The notes under the pieces: generated by a model
Database searches by the model: none
What the model was told of the DNA's origin: nothing
What the model saw: the letters and a program-made list of their open reading frames with translations, nothing else
In this document: positions 34,894-47,410 of the stretch, piece by piece
Layout of the letters: the number at the start of each line of letters is the position of its first letter
Numbering within the stretch: position 1 is the stretch's first letter
Assembly: GCF_041146345.1 (NCBI RefSeq)
Contig: NW_027191419.1
Coordinates: 310,001 to 374,000 of the forward strand
Reading direction: 5' to 3'
DNA: 64,000 bases
Origin: Neodothiora populina
Lineage: Eukaryota
Program-made: the position numbers and the translations under genes

Positions 34894-37173
34894 ATGCTGG
34901 CTCATTCTCCATCTCGCATCAGGTTCGGGCAATTGGCTCGACCATTGCGAGCTCTATACCTCATTCTGCCTCCTGTCAACTTTATCACCCTGCATTACAC
35001 ATATTTCATTACTACCTGCCTGATCTCCGCTGTAGTCTTCTGGGGTTCTTCTACACCCGCTCAGAATGTGAGCTTCACGGATTCGCTCTTTCTTTGTGTG
35101 AGTGCCATGACTTTAGCGTAAGTACTCGGTTCAGGACGCATTCTCTCTGCACATACTGATCAAGCAAAGAGGTCTGAACACGGTGAATCTGAGCCAGCTC
35201 AATACATGGCAGCAATGCATGTTGTTCTTCCTCATCATCATGGGCTCCGCCATATTTGTCTCCGCATTCGTCGTGTTGGTGAGGAAACGTGCGTTCGAAA
35301 GGAAGTTCCGGAGCATTATTCAGCAAAGAAAGCAAAAGAGCCGCCACTCTCGTAGCGGATCGCAACGTAGTTTCTCCTTGAGACGCCCGCTTTCTAGAGA
35401 TCGACGTAACACCTCTGAGCTCGAGGAAGTTGTTATGACTGGATTTGAAAGGAGTCAACTCGGTGCGAAAACACTCGATGATTCCACTAAGCCGGGCTTT
35501 GAAACAACGTCCAAGTCTACGTTGGGTCTCCGCCAAGGTGCTGCGATGCCTGTTGATCATCCAGAAGATGACCTCGACTCGATTCATGCGTCAAGTCAAG
35601 CTGACCGCATCACATTCAGCCCCGATACACGCTTTGCTTCGGTCCAGGTTCAGGAACCGCATCGGCGTCGTGGCTCTGTCTTCTCAGCTCACGGTGTGGG
35701 TGCTCGACCAACGGCTGGGCTATATCCCTCTACCTCCCATCACTCCTCTGCGTCAAAGTCAGACATGTCTGAGCTTGCCCAAGGTCGCACCAATACCTAC
35801 TTCCCTTCCTCTGGCTTCATAGCTCGCAACTCTCTTTTCTATGGCCTCTCAGATGCTGAACGCGACGAGCTTGGTGGTGTGGAATACAGGGCTGTCTCTT
35901 TCCTCGCCTGGGTGGTCCCACTCTATTTCGTCCTTTTCCAGCTCTTGGGCTGCTTGGGTCTGGCAGCGTATGTAGCCAAGAACCGACCTAGCACCGCGCG
36001 CACCAACGGACTCAATCCATATTGGGTTGGCGCCTTCAATGGTGTCAGCGCGTTCAATAATTCGGGCATGAGCTTGCTCGATGCTAATATGACCGCATTT
36101 CAGACATCCTACTACATGATGTTGACTATGGGTCTCATGATTCTCGCAGGAAATACCTGTTATCCCATATTCCTGCGGCTTGCGATCTGGACTATGCTGA
36201 AACTCATACCAAAGTCAGAGTCGTGGAACGAAAGACGGGCCACGCTCACATTTCTCTTGGATCATCCACGCAGGTGCTATACCAATCTTTTCCCCTCCAA
36301 GCACACCTGGTGGCTTTTATTCGTTGTTGTTGTACTGAATGGCACGGACTGGGCTGCATTTGAGATATTGAACGTAAGTTCTGCCGTGCGCTGCATGTTG
36401 ATACCTCTGTAGCTGACTCTTTTCAGATTGGCAACACCAAGCTTGAATCCACACTACCGGTTCACATACGTGTCATTGACGGACTTTTTCAAGCGCTTGC
36501 TGTACGAAGTGGCGGATTCTATGTAGTGTCGATTCCAACCCTTCGTATCTCGCTACAGGTTCTGTATGTCATTATGATGTACATCTCCGTCTACCCCGTT
36601 GTCATCACAATGCGGAACAGCAATGTATACGAAGAGCGTAGTCTAGGCATATATGCCGACGACCCAGGCTATAACGGTCCAGGAAGCGATGCGGCGAGCG
36701 AGCGACCCTCGAGCATCTGGCGCGGCATCAAGGAACGACTAACAAGTACTGGAAATGCCCCAGAAAGCGCTCGTTATTTTGTGCATCAGCAGCTCAGAGC
36801 GCAACACGCCCACGACGCATGGTGGATCGTATTCGCAGTATTCTTGATCATGATCATCGAGGGTGGTCAATTCGAGAAGGATCCCGCGACCTTTAGTGTT
36901 TTCAATGTCATCTTCGAGGCGGTGAGCGCTTATGGATGTGTTGGTATCAGCGTCGGCGCACCCGGTGTTGATTACAGCTTCAGTGGATCCTTGCGTACTC
37001 TGAGTAAGCTGGTGCTTTGCGCAGTCATGATTCGAGGCAGACATCGAGGTCTTCCTGTGGCGCTGGATAAAGCAGTTCTGCTACCTCACGAACGACAGAA
37101 CATCGCCGAGGAGGAGGATGCCATGATCAGACTTGAAAGAACGCGATCTCACAGGCAAGATGACGTCGTCTGA
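34894..37173 (+). CDS. TRK: TRK-family K+ transporter (TrkH domain)
   Basis: NFITLHYTYF, SFTDSLFLCVSAMTLAGLNTV, LGGVEYRA, SAFNNSGMSL, AVRSGGF, IFEAVSAYGCVG, IRGRHRGLP; introns 35118-35169 and 36374-36427. Confidence 0.94.
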
Positions 37174-38553
37174 GAGCTTGTATTGGTGATCTGGGGTTGA
37201 GACCATACTGCGGCTCTCAATGTCCACCACCATACAGCTTACTTACCTCTAGCGGCATAGTGTCAACACTTATCGCTTGTCTTCTGTACACGATCTGTTC
37301 TGCAGACTGAGTCTGTCAGTCTGAGCAACACTGGCAGAGTCGTACGAGGCACCAGACGATCACGTTGCATGGCTTACGAGGGGACACACTGTGAAGTCGA
37401 CCTGCAAGCACTGGCTCAGCCAATTATCCGCAACAAATCGCGTGTAGCGATGTGCTGTTCTCATAGCATGGGCGGCCTACTTTCGTCGCTGTCTGAGACC
37501 TGTGCTTAAGACTGCATTGGGCCGATCACAAAGTCAAAAAGCCGTTTGCATGGAAAGTTGCTATCGCAGGTGTCACCTCACTTCCACTATCTTTCTGAAA
37601 GAAACACAGGGGGCTCGTTTGGCGAGACTAGGCCAACGTTGACTTTGCATCTGTCCGCAGGATGAACACTCATGACTCGAGATGGCCACTTCACGACGAA
37701 GATTCTGGATCGTCAATGTCCATTCTCTGTCTGACTGTCTAAGGAATGAAATGTCATGATAATTATTGCTCGAGAAGATGAAGATGAAGATTTAGATATC
37801 ATCACGAGGCCCTCATAATCAGGGATATATATCATACAGAATAAATGACTCAGCAGAGCAATTGGTTGCGATTAGACGATGGTTTGGTTGATCCATAGCA
37901 TCTATCGAAGCTTAATGAGGGCCCTGTGTTCGTAGTTTACCTGAACGCGACTATATCCTTCATCTTGTTTCCTCACTTTCTCCGATCCTGTCACTATGAT
38001 AGACCGGTAATGGAACTTTTACATTTCGACGACGAGGACGAAGACGACGACGGTACTTTCTTGTCTTTGGGGGTGATAATCATGTTTCCCTGAAGACTCT
38101 ATCTGGAGAGCACAATCCGAAAGAATATCCTTGTCCAGGGGGATCAGATGATTGGGTTGGACACTTGAACGAACGGACGTGGTCGTGAGAGCTGGGATTC
38201 GAGGTCGACCCTGTCTCGTATGCATAGCCATGTCTATACCGGAGATATATCATTTTCTCTCCTCCCCAGCCTGGCTGGTATATATTTCGTATGGTCTCCA
38301 ATGGGGACTCATCAGACATGCTGAGCTGACGATATCACGACTCTCAGAGACCAAAATCACCCCGAGGAAGTGGGAGGAGATACCATTGCTCTCTGTACCC
38401 GCAGTGAGTAAGACATAATCTAGTCCTTGCATTTCAATTCTACTATATCCCACGCATATATACCACAGACGAGCACCCCACATTCCGCATCATCCGCCCC
38501 TTCCATCGCGCCCCCCTCCCGGACAAAATATACCCTACACTCTCTGAGCCAAT

Positions 38554-39834
38554 CTATAGGCTATAAGCCCTCGCCACGGCCCCTCTCCAAACTTGTGCCT
38601 TTTCGTCCTCGGAAAACCCCCTGCTCTCCATGGCCGCGCTAACCACATCCCTCCAAACAGGCCACGACTTCTCGCCCGCAGGTCCTCGAATGTTGCATAC
38701 GGGCCAGTCACTGCCGAACATGACGCGCTGGGTCGTGAAGTGGTCGAAGACGTGGTCGAGCCAGGGGGATGTGGAGGTTGCTATTTGCGTTGCTGTTGTT
38801 GTTGGTGTGGAGTCGTCGTCGTCGGTGGTTGATGTCGTCGTTTGCGAGGCTGAAGAAATGGAATCGCCGAGTTCGGAGAATGCGCCCGAGAGTTTCATGT
38901 ATACGTTCGGAAAGCTCGAGAATTGCTCGATGCAGGTCTTCCAGCGCGAGAAGTCCTCGGGGGACGGGGCCGAGGGAGCTTGTGTTAGATCGGGTTTGCA
39001 GAGGTGGTCTGGAGATGGGTTAGAGAAGGGGGGGGGGGTCTTTGAGTTCTTCGTCTCATTCTCAAGGATGATGGAAAAATGATGGTTTAAGGAGACGGTA
39101 AGGGTAACTTGATATCCTTCGTGTCTTCTTTTGATGTCAAAGAGCGACTCACCTAAAACAAAAGTAACTCTCTCCTCTTCGCGCGCGCCATCATTGACTT
39201 TCTCGATGACTTTAACCATAGCTTCCAACTGCCATGCGCCTCCCGAATGCTGATCAACACCGACGTCAAAAGAGAACCTCTTGCTCCTCGTCCCCAACGA
39301 CTTCAGAATAGCGATAAAGTCATCGCTGAACACGAGGTTTTCGAATTCAGTCTGATCATGGATGGCCTGCAGCAGCATTCGAAAGCCCTTGACTCTAGCC
39401 CACGTCTCGGCACCGGCTACTTCTTCCGCGTGGCTCAGCCAGGACTCGAAAGCGGCGAGTCCTTGGTCCAGAGGCGCCCAGAGGACCAACCCCAAGAGCA
39501 TCTGTGAGTCTGGCTCTCCGTAGTCGCCCTTGATGATTGATCGTAGAAATCTGACTTCCTCGGTGGGCTCGGCCGCCCATTCTTGAATCGGTCTGTTGTG
39601 CTTGTTGGCTGCCAAGCGGCGGTCGGTTTCCACGTAGACTATTCCTTTCACGACTGATTCGTCGTCTGAAGAAGACGGAGACGAAGACAATCCGCTGCAG
39701 GCTTTGCGGTAGTCTGATAGTATGTGTTCCTTGGTCAGCATGTGGCCTGGTTTCATCCATGAGTGGCCCGCGGGATTCGCTGCTGATTGTGGCCATAAGT
39801 GAACATGACTGTCAGTGATTACCGTCGGCGCCAT
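38554..39834 (-). CDS. L-rhamnono-1,4-lactonase-like amidohydrolase (LRA2/LrlA-like)
   Basis: DSHVHLWP, YVETDR, VKGFR, FDVGVD, DHLCKP, YMKLSG, MFGSDWPVC; one 144-nt intron 39152-39009. Confidence 0.8.
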   Translation of the reverse strand: MAPTVITDSHVHLWPQSAANPAGHSWMKPGHMLTKEHILSDYRKACSGLSSSPSSSDDESVVKGIVYVETDRRLAANKHNRPIQEWAAEPTEEVRFLRSIIKGDYGEPDSQMLLGLVLWAPLDQGLAAFESWLSHAEEVAGAETWARVKGFRMLLQAIHDQTEFENLVFSDDFIAILKSLGTRSKRFSFDVGVDQHSGGAWQLEAMVKVIEKVNDGAREEERVTFVLGESLFDIKRRHEGYQVTLTVSLNHHFSIILENETKNSKTPPPFSNPSPDHLCKPDLTQAPSAPSPEDFSRWKTCIEQFSSFPNVYMKLSGAFSELGDSISSASQTTTSTTDDDDSTPTTTATQIATSTSPWLDHVFDHFTTQRVMFGSDWPVCNIRGPAGEKSWPVWRDVVSAAMESRGFSEDEKAQVWRGAVARAYSL

Positions 39835-40490
39835 GCTCGTGATATCCGCACAGCTCTTCCGTCACGACTAGAGTATGGAGATTATCAGCGAGTATGATAT
39901 TGCACGTTTCTAGGCCGTATAGACGCGGCGGGGGACGAAAATATGTTTATAATTGTGTTGTGACATTGTGACACGCCATATTTCCGCAGAGACGTATTTC
40001 TCATAGCGAGAGTGCTGCTGTATCAGCCAAAATGCCTACCATGGGTCCCTTGGATTCTGACAACAAGCATTTAGCCGGTCAGCGATTCGCTATCGCGAGC
40101 CCACGAATCGTGGGAATATGGGCATACTCCTCTCGTATTCCATAACTTTGTACCTACTTATCAACGATAAGGCTCTCTCTCTCTCGGGGCAGGTATTGAC
40201 CCGAAACGTGCTGGAGTCGTCCCCAGAAACGTGGGCCTTGTGGGGCGCCGCTGTGGGGTAATACCATCACTATCGCTGTGCACGGCTGCTTTGCCTGTAC
40301 CATTCGTTGGAGTTGAGGGTGACAGTGAGAAAGTAAGTCATCACTGCAGAGGCTATTTGTATGTAGGTGCTCGTTCAGCCTGCTTGCTCTTCTTTTTTTC
40401 TCTGTCCACATCTTTTCGTTTGCCAATACTCAAGATACAATATCCGAACTCTTCAAAGTCCCACGCGTTGTACCAATGAAAAAAGTCATC

Positions 40491-41606
40491 ATGGTAACAT
40501 CACCACCACGAGCTGGCATCTATGTCCCGGTATGAATTCTCGGACGCATCATATTTATCTAACAGAAAACAAATTAACGTTGGTGGCTGTCAAGGTGCCC
40601 ACGTTCTTCGCTGCTTCGAGCGCGGCTGACTACGACCCCGTTCACACCCCTCTCGATCTTGCAACCCAGACCAAGCACTCGCTCTTCCTGCTCAAGGGTG
40701 GGGTGCAAGGACTAGTGATCTTGGGGTCCACCGGCGAGGCGATACATCTCACCAACAAGGAGCGCAATGAGCTACTCAGCAGTCAACGACAAGAAATGGA
40801 CAAGGCGGGCTACAAGGACCGGGCCATCATCGCCGGCACTGCAACACAAAACGTCGAGGAGACTCTGATTCAGCTCAACGATGCAAAGGCTGCGGGAGCA
40901 GAATACGGCATGGTGCTTGCGCCAGGATACTTTGCCAGCGCAGCTAGCCAGCAAGGCATCATCAAGTGGTTCCAGGCTGTGGCAGACAAGAGCCCCATCC
41001 CCATCATGATGTAAGCGAGCAAGCGTCTGCAAGGAATGCAAGAGTATGGCTGATTGATATAGTTATCACTACCCTGGAGTGACGAACGGCCTTTACATTG
41101 CCCCGGCGACATTCGAGGTACTTGCACAGCACGAAAACATTGTGGGTTGCAAGCTCTCGCACGGCGATATTCCCGACCACACTTTGATTGCCTCGAGTCC
41201 CAAGATTGATCCCTCGAGCTTCGCCGTATTTTCTGGGCTGGGACAGAACCTCCTACCTGTGCTCACCGTTGGCGGACAAGGCGCGATCGATGGTCTCGCT
41301 GGCGTCTTTCCACGCACAGTGGTCAGGCTGTTCAACCTATTCCAGGAGACATCGGCCAAAGGCATCAGCAAGCAAGACAGCAAGGAGATGCGCGAGCTGC
41401 AGTTCAAGATTTGCGAGTGCGAAAGGTTAGTAGGCAAATGGGGCACTGTGGGAATCAAGGAGGCAATCGCAAGGGAGTGGGGTATCGGCGACAAGGAATC
41501 TGCCAGATTGCCACTGCAAGGTGGTTTCCAGGACGGCGAAGCAGAATGGAGCAAGTGGAAGGATGTGTTTGACGGGCTCAGGACGGTCGAGGAGTCACTT
41601 CAGTAG
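40491..41606 (+). CDS. DHDPS-family class I aldolase (candidate 2-keto-3-deoxy sugar-acid aldolase)
   Basis: Exons 40491-40529, 40595-41010, 41063-41606; GIYVPVPTFF, LGSTGEA, IYHYPGV, Schiff-base lysine in VGCKLS. Confidence 0.88.
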
Positions 41607-42451
41607 TCACTTCATTAGAGCAGAGCACGACTAGCCGGCAAGAATAACCGTCAGCTTCGTCTCGTAATCTAATTCAAAGCAGTCTTGTAGCGCAAGAGGA
41701 AGAAACGAGGTGATCAGACAGTATGAGAAGAATTGAATATGACTGGATTGTGAAATCAAGAAATCGCCCAACTCGCGCCGAGACAGGAAGGACCATTGCC
41801 TCGAGGCTGCTAGATCGAAAGGGTCATATGGCCCCAGCTTGGTCATCATAGAAGAAGAAGCAGGTGAGAAGAAGGTTGAAGAAAGATGGAACTCACACTG
41901 TTTACGCATCGTCTGGTACTGTATATCGTGGTATCTAGAGTTGTGGTATCTAGCACCGTGGTAGGTAAGCAGGGAGGGAAGATGATCGAGGGGATGAACA
42001 TGGACTGTTGCAGCGAGTGTAAGTGGTCTGAGCTTTGGTTCGGAGAGAGATTCAATCAATCAACCAAGAAAGATTAGATCAAAGCACTTTATTGCACTCA
42101 TTAACTGTAACTGTACTTATTCCTTATTGTTTGCGCGCGTCAAGCTCAAGTCCAGAAAACAAGAAAGAAACAGATTCACTTTTAGCTCTACACTTTCATC
42201 AACCTTGAGCACAGCACTCTATTTTCCATCTCATCCAGCAAATCCAAAGACTTTATTCATCATTCGCAGATGCCAACCACAATCACCACAAATTAGGCGC
42301 GGCAAAGCAGCAAGAGCATCACCACCATCATCATTAGCATCATCATCGTCATCATCATCATCACAGACACCTCATGTCCGTGTGGCAGCTTCACCATTGA
42401 CCGACCTCGCATCACCGGGATAATCAGTTTTAATCAAACACAAAACACACC

Positions 42452-45400
42452 ATGTTCGCCGTGCCTTCCTCGGACCCGCCGTCGACTCCAGACTCCAGAC
42501 GCGCCAGTCACGGCCACAGTCAAGCTCCGTCCACGACACCTGCTGAACCGCCGCCCACTGGCTACACCAACCAATCCTTTACCCCTGCTGGACGACCGCC
42601 GGCTTCTTCTCTCGTGGGCGCCGCCTCCTTCAACTACGCAGATCCCAACGCTTTCGCCTTTTCCAGCAACATGGCGACCTTTGCGCCGCACAGTGCTGCC
42701 TTCGCGGTGCCCAGCAGTCCGCCACAGCGCTACATGGACGGCAACATGATGGACATGATGGGAGACGGAGGCGACATGGGCGACGAGTATTCCAACTACG
42801 CCGAAGCCGACGACGACATGGACGCCATGTTTGGCATTCGACAGCCCGCCTTCTCTGCCGCTGCCGCCAATTCGCTTCCTTCGAAACACGCCATGGTCGA
42901 CTTCCAGACCGAATCGCCGCGAGCCCTTAAGAGATCCCGTTACGGTCGGGTCATGAACGAGTCGCTCCACTCGTCGCGTGCTGCGCGTCTCGAGTCGCGG
43001 CAACCAGCCATGCCGGCAATAGCAAAAGGTCTTTCCACGCCGAGTCCAAGTGCGCTGAAAGAGCCGGGCGATGTGATACTCAAGACCGAGCAGCTGTTGA
43101 GCAGCCTCGACGCCTCTGTCACCACCCAGTCCGCCCTGGATCCTCATCTTCTACTTCACTCGACCGCCAGCCAACTCACCGATCTGTGGAGGAAGCATTT
43201 ATCTACCCAATCCTTATCAGGAGGCATTGGTCCCAAGAACCGCGACTCCCCCTTTGAGACAGCAAACTACCTGGCCTCGCTCCTCTTGCGCCTCTACCAC
43301 CCTTTCATCAGCCAACACAATCCGCGCAGTGCCTCGAATCCCTTTGCGCAATCCTCTTCGTCCGTGTCGCTGGTCCTGCAACGAGATGCCGTCGCCACTA
43401 TTCCCAGGTCTCTCCTCGATTGGCTCAACACCTACCACAATCCCTTCCCTCAAGATCTCCCCGAAGTCCTTGGCAACCGACCTGCACCAATCGCGCACGA
43501 GAAGTACTGGGACATGGTCTATGCCACCACTCTGCGCGGCGACCTCGCCACGGCCATTTCGCTTCTCGAAGCCGCCGACTTCACCCAGGCTGACACCGCC
43601 ATGGATGACGGCTACGACGAGCCCGGTTACCAAGGTAGACAAGCAGACGCCGCCCACTATGTGACATCGAGGTGCATCGACCTTTTGCGATCGTGTCCCG
43701 CATACACGGACGACGACTGGGATGTCAAGAACGCCGAGTGGGCCATTTTCCGTAATCGCGTGCGACGGGAGATCCAGCACCTCGAGGCGTTTGCCGAATC
43801 CGACAGCAAAGATCGCGACACCGCCATCGATGGCTCCAATGTCTTCCAGTCCTCAGCCATGGGTTCGGGCCGAGGTGGCATGTCCTTCAGCACCGCCAGT
43901 AGACGCGCCGAGAGCAAGGTACCGTGGACCGTCTATCAGAACCTCAAGATCCTATACGGTCAGCTCCAGGGTCTCAAGGATGAGATTGCTGTGTGCACGC
44001 AGGACTGGTTGGAGACAGCGATTTTCATGACTGTGTGGTGGGACGGAGACGACGACGATCAGTTACCTGGTACTGCCAGCAGACACTCCCTGCGTCCGTC
44101 GCATCAGGTGAGATCTGTAGACGTATCACCGACTTCATCGTACCGGCGACAGCTCTTGTTCGCCTTTGCTACCATCACCGACGATCCAGAGGACACTGTC
44201 TTTGCCGTGAACACAATGGATCCGCTGCAGGTCGGCTTGGCTTGTATCTGCGAAGAGGATATCGAGGGAGTTGTAGGCATCTTGCGGGGCTGGTCTCTGC
44301 CAATCGCCGTGGCCGTTGTGGACATTGCAAGCGCGGGAGGCTGGCTGCCGCAAGGACGCGCCGGTGCTCAGGGACTGTTGGACGGCTTCGATCAGGACGA
44401 TCTCATGGTCTTGAGCCATGGACAGCCCAACAACCAAGACTCCTTGAGCCGGGATCAGGTCCTGACTGCGTATGCCGATATCCTCGCCAAAGAAGACAGC
44501 ATCACGAGTAGTGATGGCAAGACTTCGAAGGAAGGTTGGGATATGGCATGCCGAGTACTGAGTCGCCTGGATGATCTGGACGCTGCACAACGCAAAATCG
44601 GCGCTATATTGGCTGATATACCGCTCGACTCGGCGGAGCGTGTCGATAAGCTCCTTGCTGTTTGCATAGACATAGGTCTTCCCGAACAAGTTCGCGCCAT
44701 TGCAGAAGTGAGTGCAAGTCAATTCTTTTATTGTTATCGTTCCACTGACAGCTTTATAGCGTTACGCAGATACTCTGGCCGAGACGTCGCAGTCTTACGG
44801 CAGCGCTTTGATCTACTATGCTCGCGCACACTCCCAGCAAAAGCTCAAATCGACGATAGACCTACTTATATCCATGTGCCTCGTCCAATCTGCTGCTTTT
44901 CCACCAAGGTCCTCTCTCGACCCCCAGCTCGACATGATCCTCAACGACCAGCGCGCCGCCATTACGAAGCTCGCCAGGGTCGATCCCGAGGCGGCACAGC
45001 TGATTGCAAACTACCTGAGTGGTTATGCCACTCTGCGAAGGTTTTATGACTTGCGAGACGCTGCCATGGACGCCTCGACCGGAACAGCACAGCCATCTGG
45101 ACCCGGAAGAATCGCTACCATGAAGCCTCATACGCGAAGACGTGAAGCCGCAAAGGCTTTGGTGGCTCTGATAGAGAGCGCTGCAGATAGCATCCGCGGT
45201 GGTCTCTACGATGCGGATAACGAGACTGTTCTGCAGGTGGATACGTTGATGGCCCTTCTCTGCGAGGCACTACCTCTTCTGAACCGTAAGTAATCAGCTA
45301 GCTGCCTTGTTTATGAATAAGGACTGATTCATTATTCCACACAGATCGCACAGCAGTCCTCAAAGCTCCTCAACTACTAGTCCTGCTGCGCGCAGTCGAA

Positions 45401-45751
45401 GACCTACAATCCGTCACACCTCTCGTCTACGACCAAGCCGAAGCTCTATTCAGATCCACCGTCCAAAACTACTGCGAGTCACCATCACATCTGATCGCAT
45501 CCCAGGACCTGGCGAAATCCGTCATGCTATCCAAATCGACGACGATTCTCGCCGCAAGCAGCTACGGAATGATTGGCAGTGACGGCAGTCTTCTTCCCGA
45601 CGACGCCAACAGCAAAGTGGAGGTTCAGAGGGGATGGGACTGGAGAGCCGGCGCGGCGCATCTGGGCAAGTCGGTCAAGGGCGAGGAGATGATGAGGGTG
45701 CTCAGGACTCAGGTTGCAAAGGAGATGGCTACGGCGTGGATGCAAGTGTGA
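42452..45751 (+). CDS. NUP85: Nucleoporin Nup85-like protein
   Basis: Exons 42452-44707, 44760-45285, 45344-45751; LLDWLN, YWDMVYATTLRG, LLRSCP, DWLETAIFMTVWWDG, YGSALIYYARAH, YLSGYATLRRFYDLRD. Confidence 0.75.
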
Positions 45752-46779
45752 TGTCTCTTCTTCGGCCGTATGATCTATTCTTCATGCTCTCGAGCCATGA
45801 ATCTTCGGTGTGATTTGCAAACCCTAGATCCTTTTGAAAGACCTTCAAATACCAGGTTATTGCCACATTGGTGGCTTTGTTACCATTACAGTACATTACA
45901 GTACAATACACCCAACCAAAAACCGCAGCCCATCTACTATTACCTAGCCCCGTGTCTTCTAATACATCGATAAAACCCCCCAGATCACAGATCAAGTGAA
46001 CCCCAAACAACTTGCCACCTATTTATCTCGAGCAAGACACCTACGTAAATCACAAAGTAGACTATTTCCAATTGTTCTTCTAATGTCTGTATAACGCAGT
46101 ATTGCTTAGTATCGTGAGGCACAGTAGTGATGCAGCAGTAGTAGTACAGTACAGTAGTGTAATATACCCACCCCAGACTATAACACACTTACCTATCTAC
46201 CTTGAATAAAGTACAGTCGGATATGCAAGTCTTCCACACCGCCCTGATTCTCCCTTACCTTACCTTGCTCGACCGAATCAAACGCCAACCAGCTGCATGT
46301 TCATGCAACATGACATCAATTTCATACAGGCTTACTCGCAGCTTTTCAAGTTCCCTGCTTCTCTATACCTTGACTACCTCTAATGTCTATGCATACGGTA
46401 GGTGATAAACAGGTTGCTAGGTGGGCGGGTGGGTGGGGTCGAATGATAATAATAATATTGTGGGTTGACTTGGCTGTATCTTTCTTTTTCATCTCGTCTT
46501 CGTTGCGCTCTTCTGTGTTTATATACCCTTTGGATCAACTTTATCGGGTGGGCCATCGTAGTAGGATGCGATAGGGCTAGACACTTGTGTTCTATTACAT
46601 GTCTTTTGTGATATACTTGTCTCTCGGATTGCATTTGACGCGACGCCAGGCTCGGGAGAACGATATATCATTGACTTTCTCTTGACGAGCGACAAAGAGG
46701 ACGAGGCGGATCGAGGTGTACGACGTTCGAAAACTGCCTCAAGCAAGGTAACAAGAGAAAAGAGGAAGAAGGAAAAGAA

Positions 46780-47410
46780 ATGGGTGCATTCTGCTACCGC
46801 GTCCTGCTGACCCTAATCAACATCTTCTTCCCGCCACTCTCCGTCGCCATGCTGGCTGGTTTCGAGTGGGACTGCATGCTGAATTGCTTCTTGTTCCTGT
46901 GTGGCGTCTTGCCGTCGCATGTGCATGGGTTTTATATCAGTTGCGTGTATTTCCATCGGAGGGGAAAGGTCAGTCTTCTCTCTTTCCTTTTTCTTCTGCC
47001 ATCTTCGCGCGGCAAGATGGACAAGGTGTTTGGTTTGAGGCGGGTCCTTGTCCTGTGTACTTGCCTGTCTGCCTACCTGCCTACCTTGCCGAGACTATAG
47101 CACGCACGTACATGACTGATGCCTCTCTCTTGCGTCCATACAGGGCAAAAAGGGTCGCTGGCCCGGCGGTCCAAAGCCCATGATCCACAGCCCAAACGTC
47201 TTGAATGGAGGCGCCACTGTTCGTCAAGCGGAAGCACTGTACTACAAAGAGTTCGGGATGCCAGAGAAGCGAACACCGTCGAGCAGGAAGAGTAAATCTC
47301 GCCATCACCGTGGTGGTGGAGGTCGAAGTGGTGGCAGCAGTCATTGTTCGCATAGACAGGCTAGTCCGAGACCGGCGTCTGTGTACAGCGGTTCTGCGAA
47401 TGGGCGGTAG
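46780..47410 (+). CDS. Pmp3/UPF0057 proteolipid family protein with basic C-terminal extension
   Basis: Exons 46780-46968 and 47144-47410; INIFFPPLSV...MLNCFLFLCGVLPSHVHGFYI two-TM signature. Confidence 0.8.

Noticed and set aside
37200..38500. Possible gene or transposon relic in long intergenic regions (also 47500-48800, 53050-53800)
   Set aside because: No recognisable protein motifs, terminal repeats, RIP-like AT skew or coherent splice chain
46380..46556. Small basic ORF MAHPIKLIQRVYKHRR...
   Set aside because: No recognisable homology; low-complexity and includes a TATA-like element; cannot be supported
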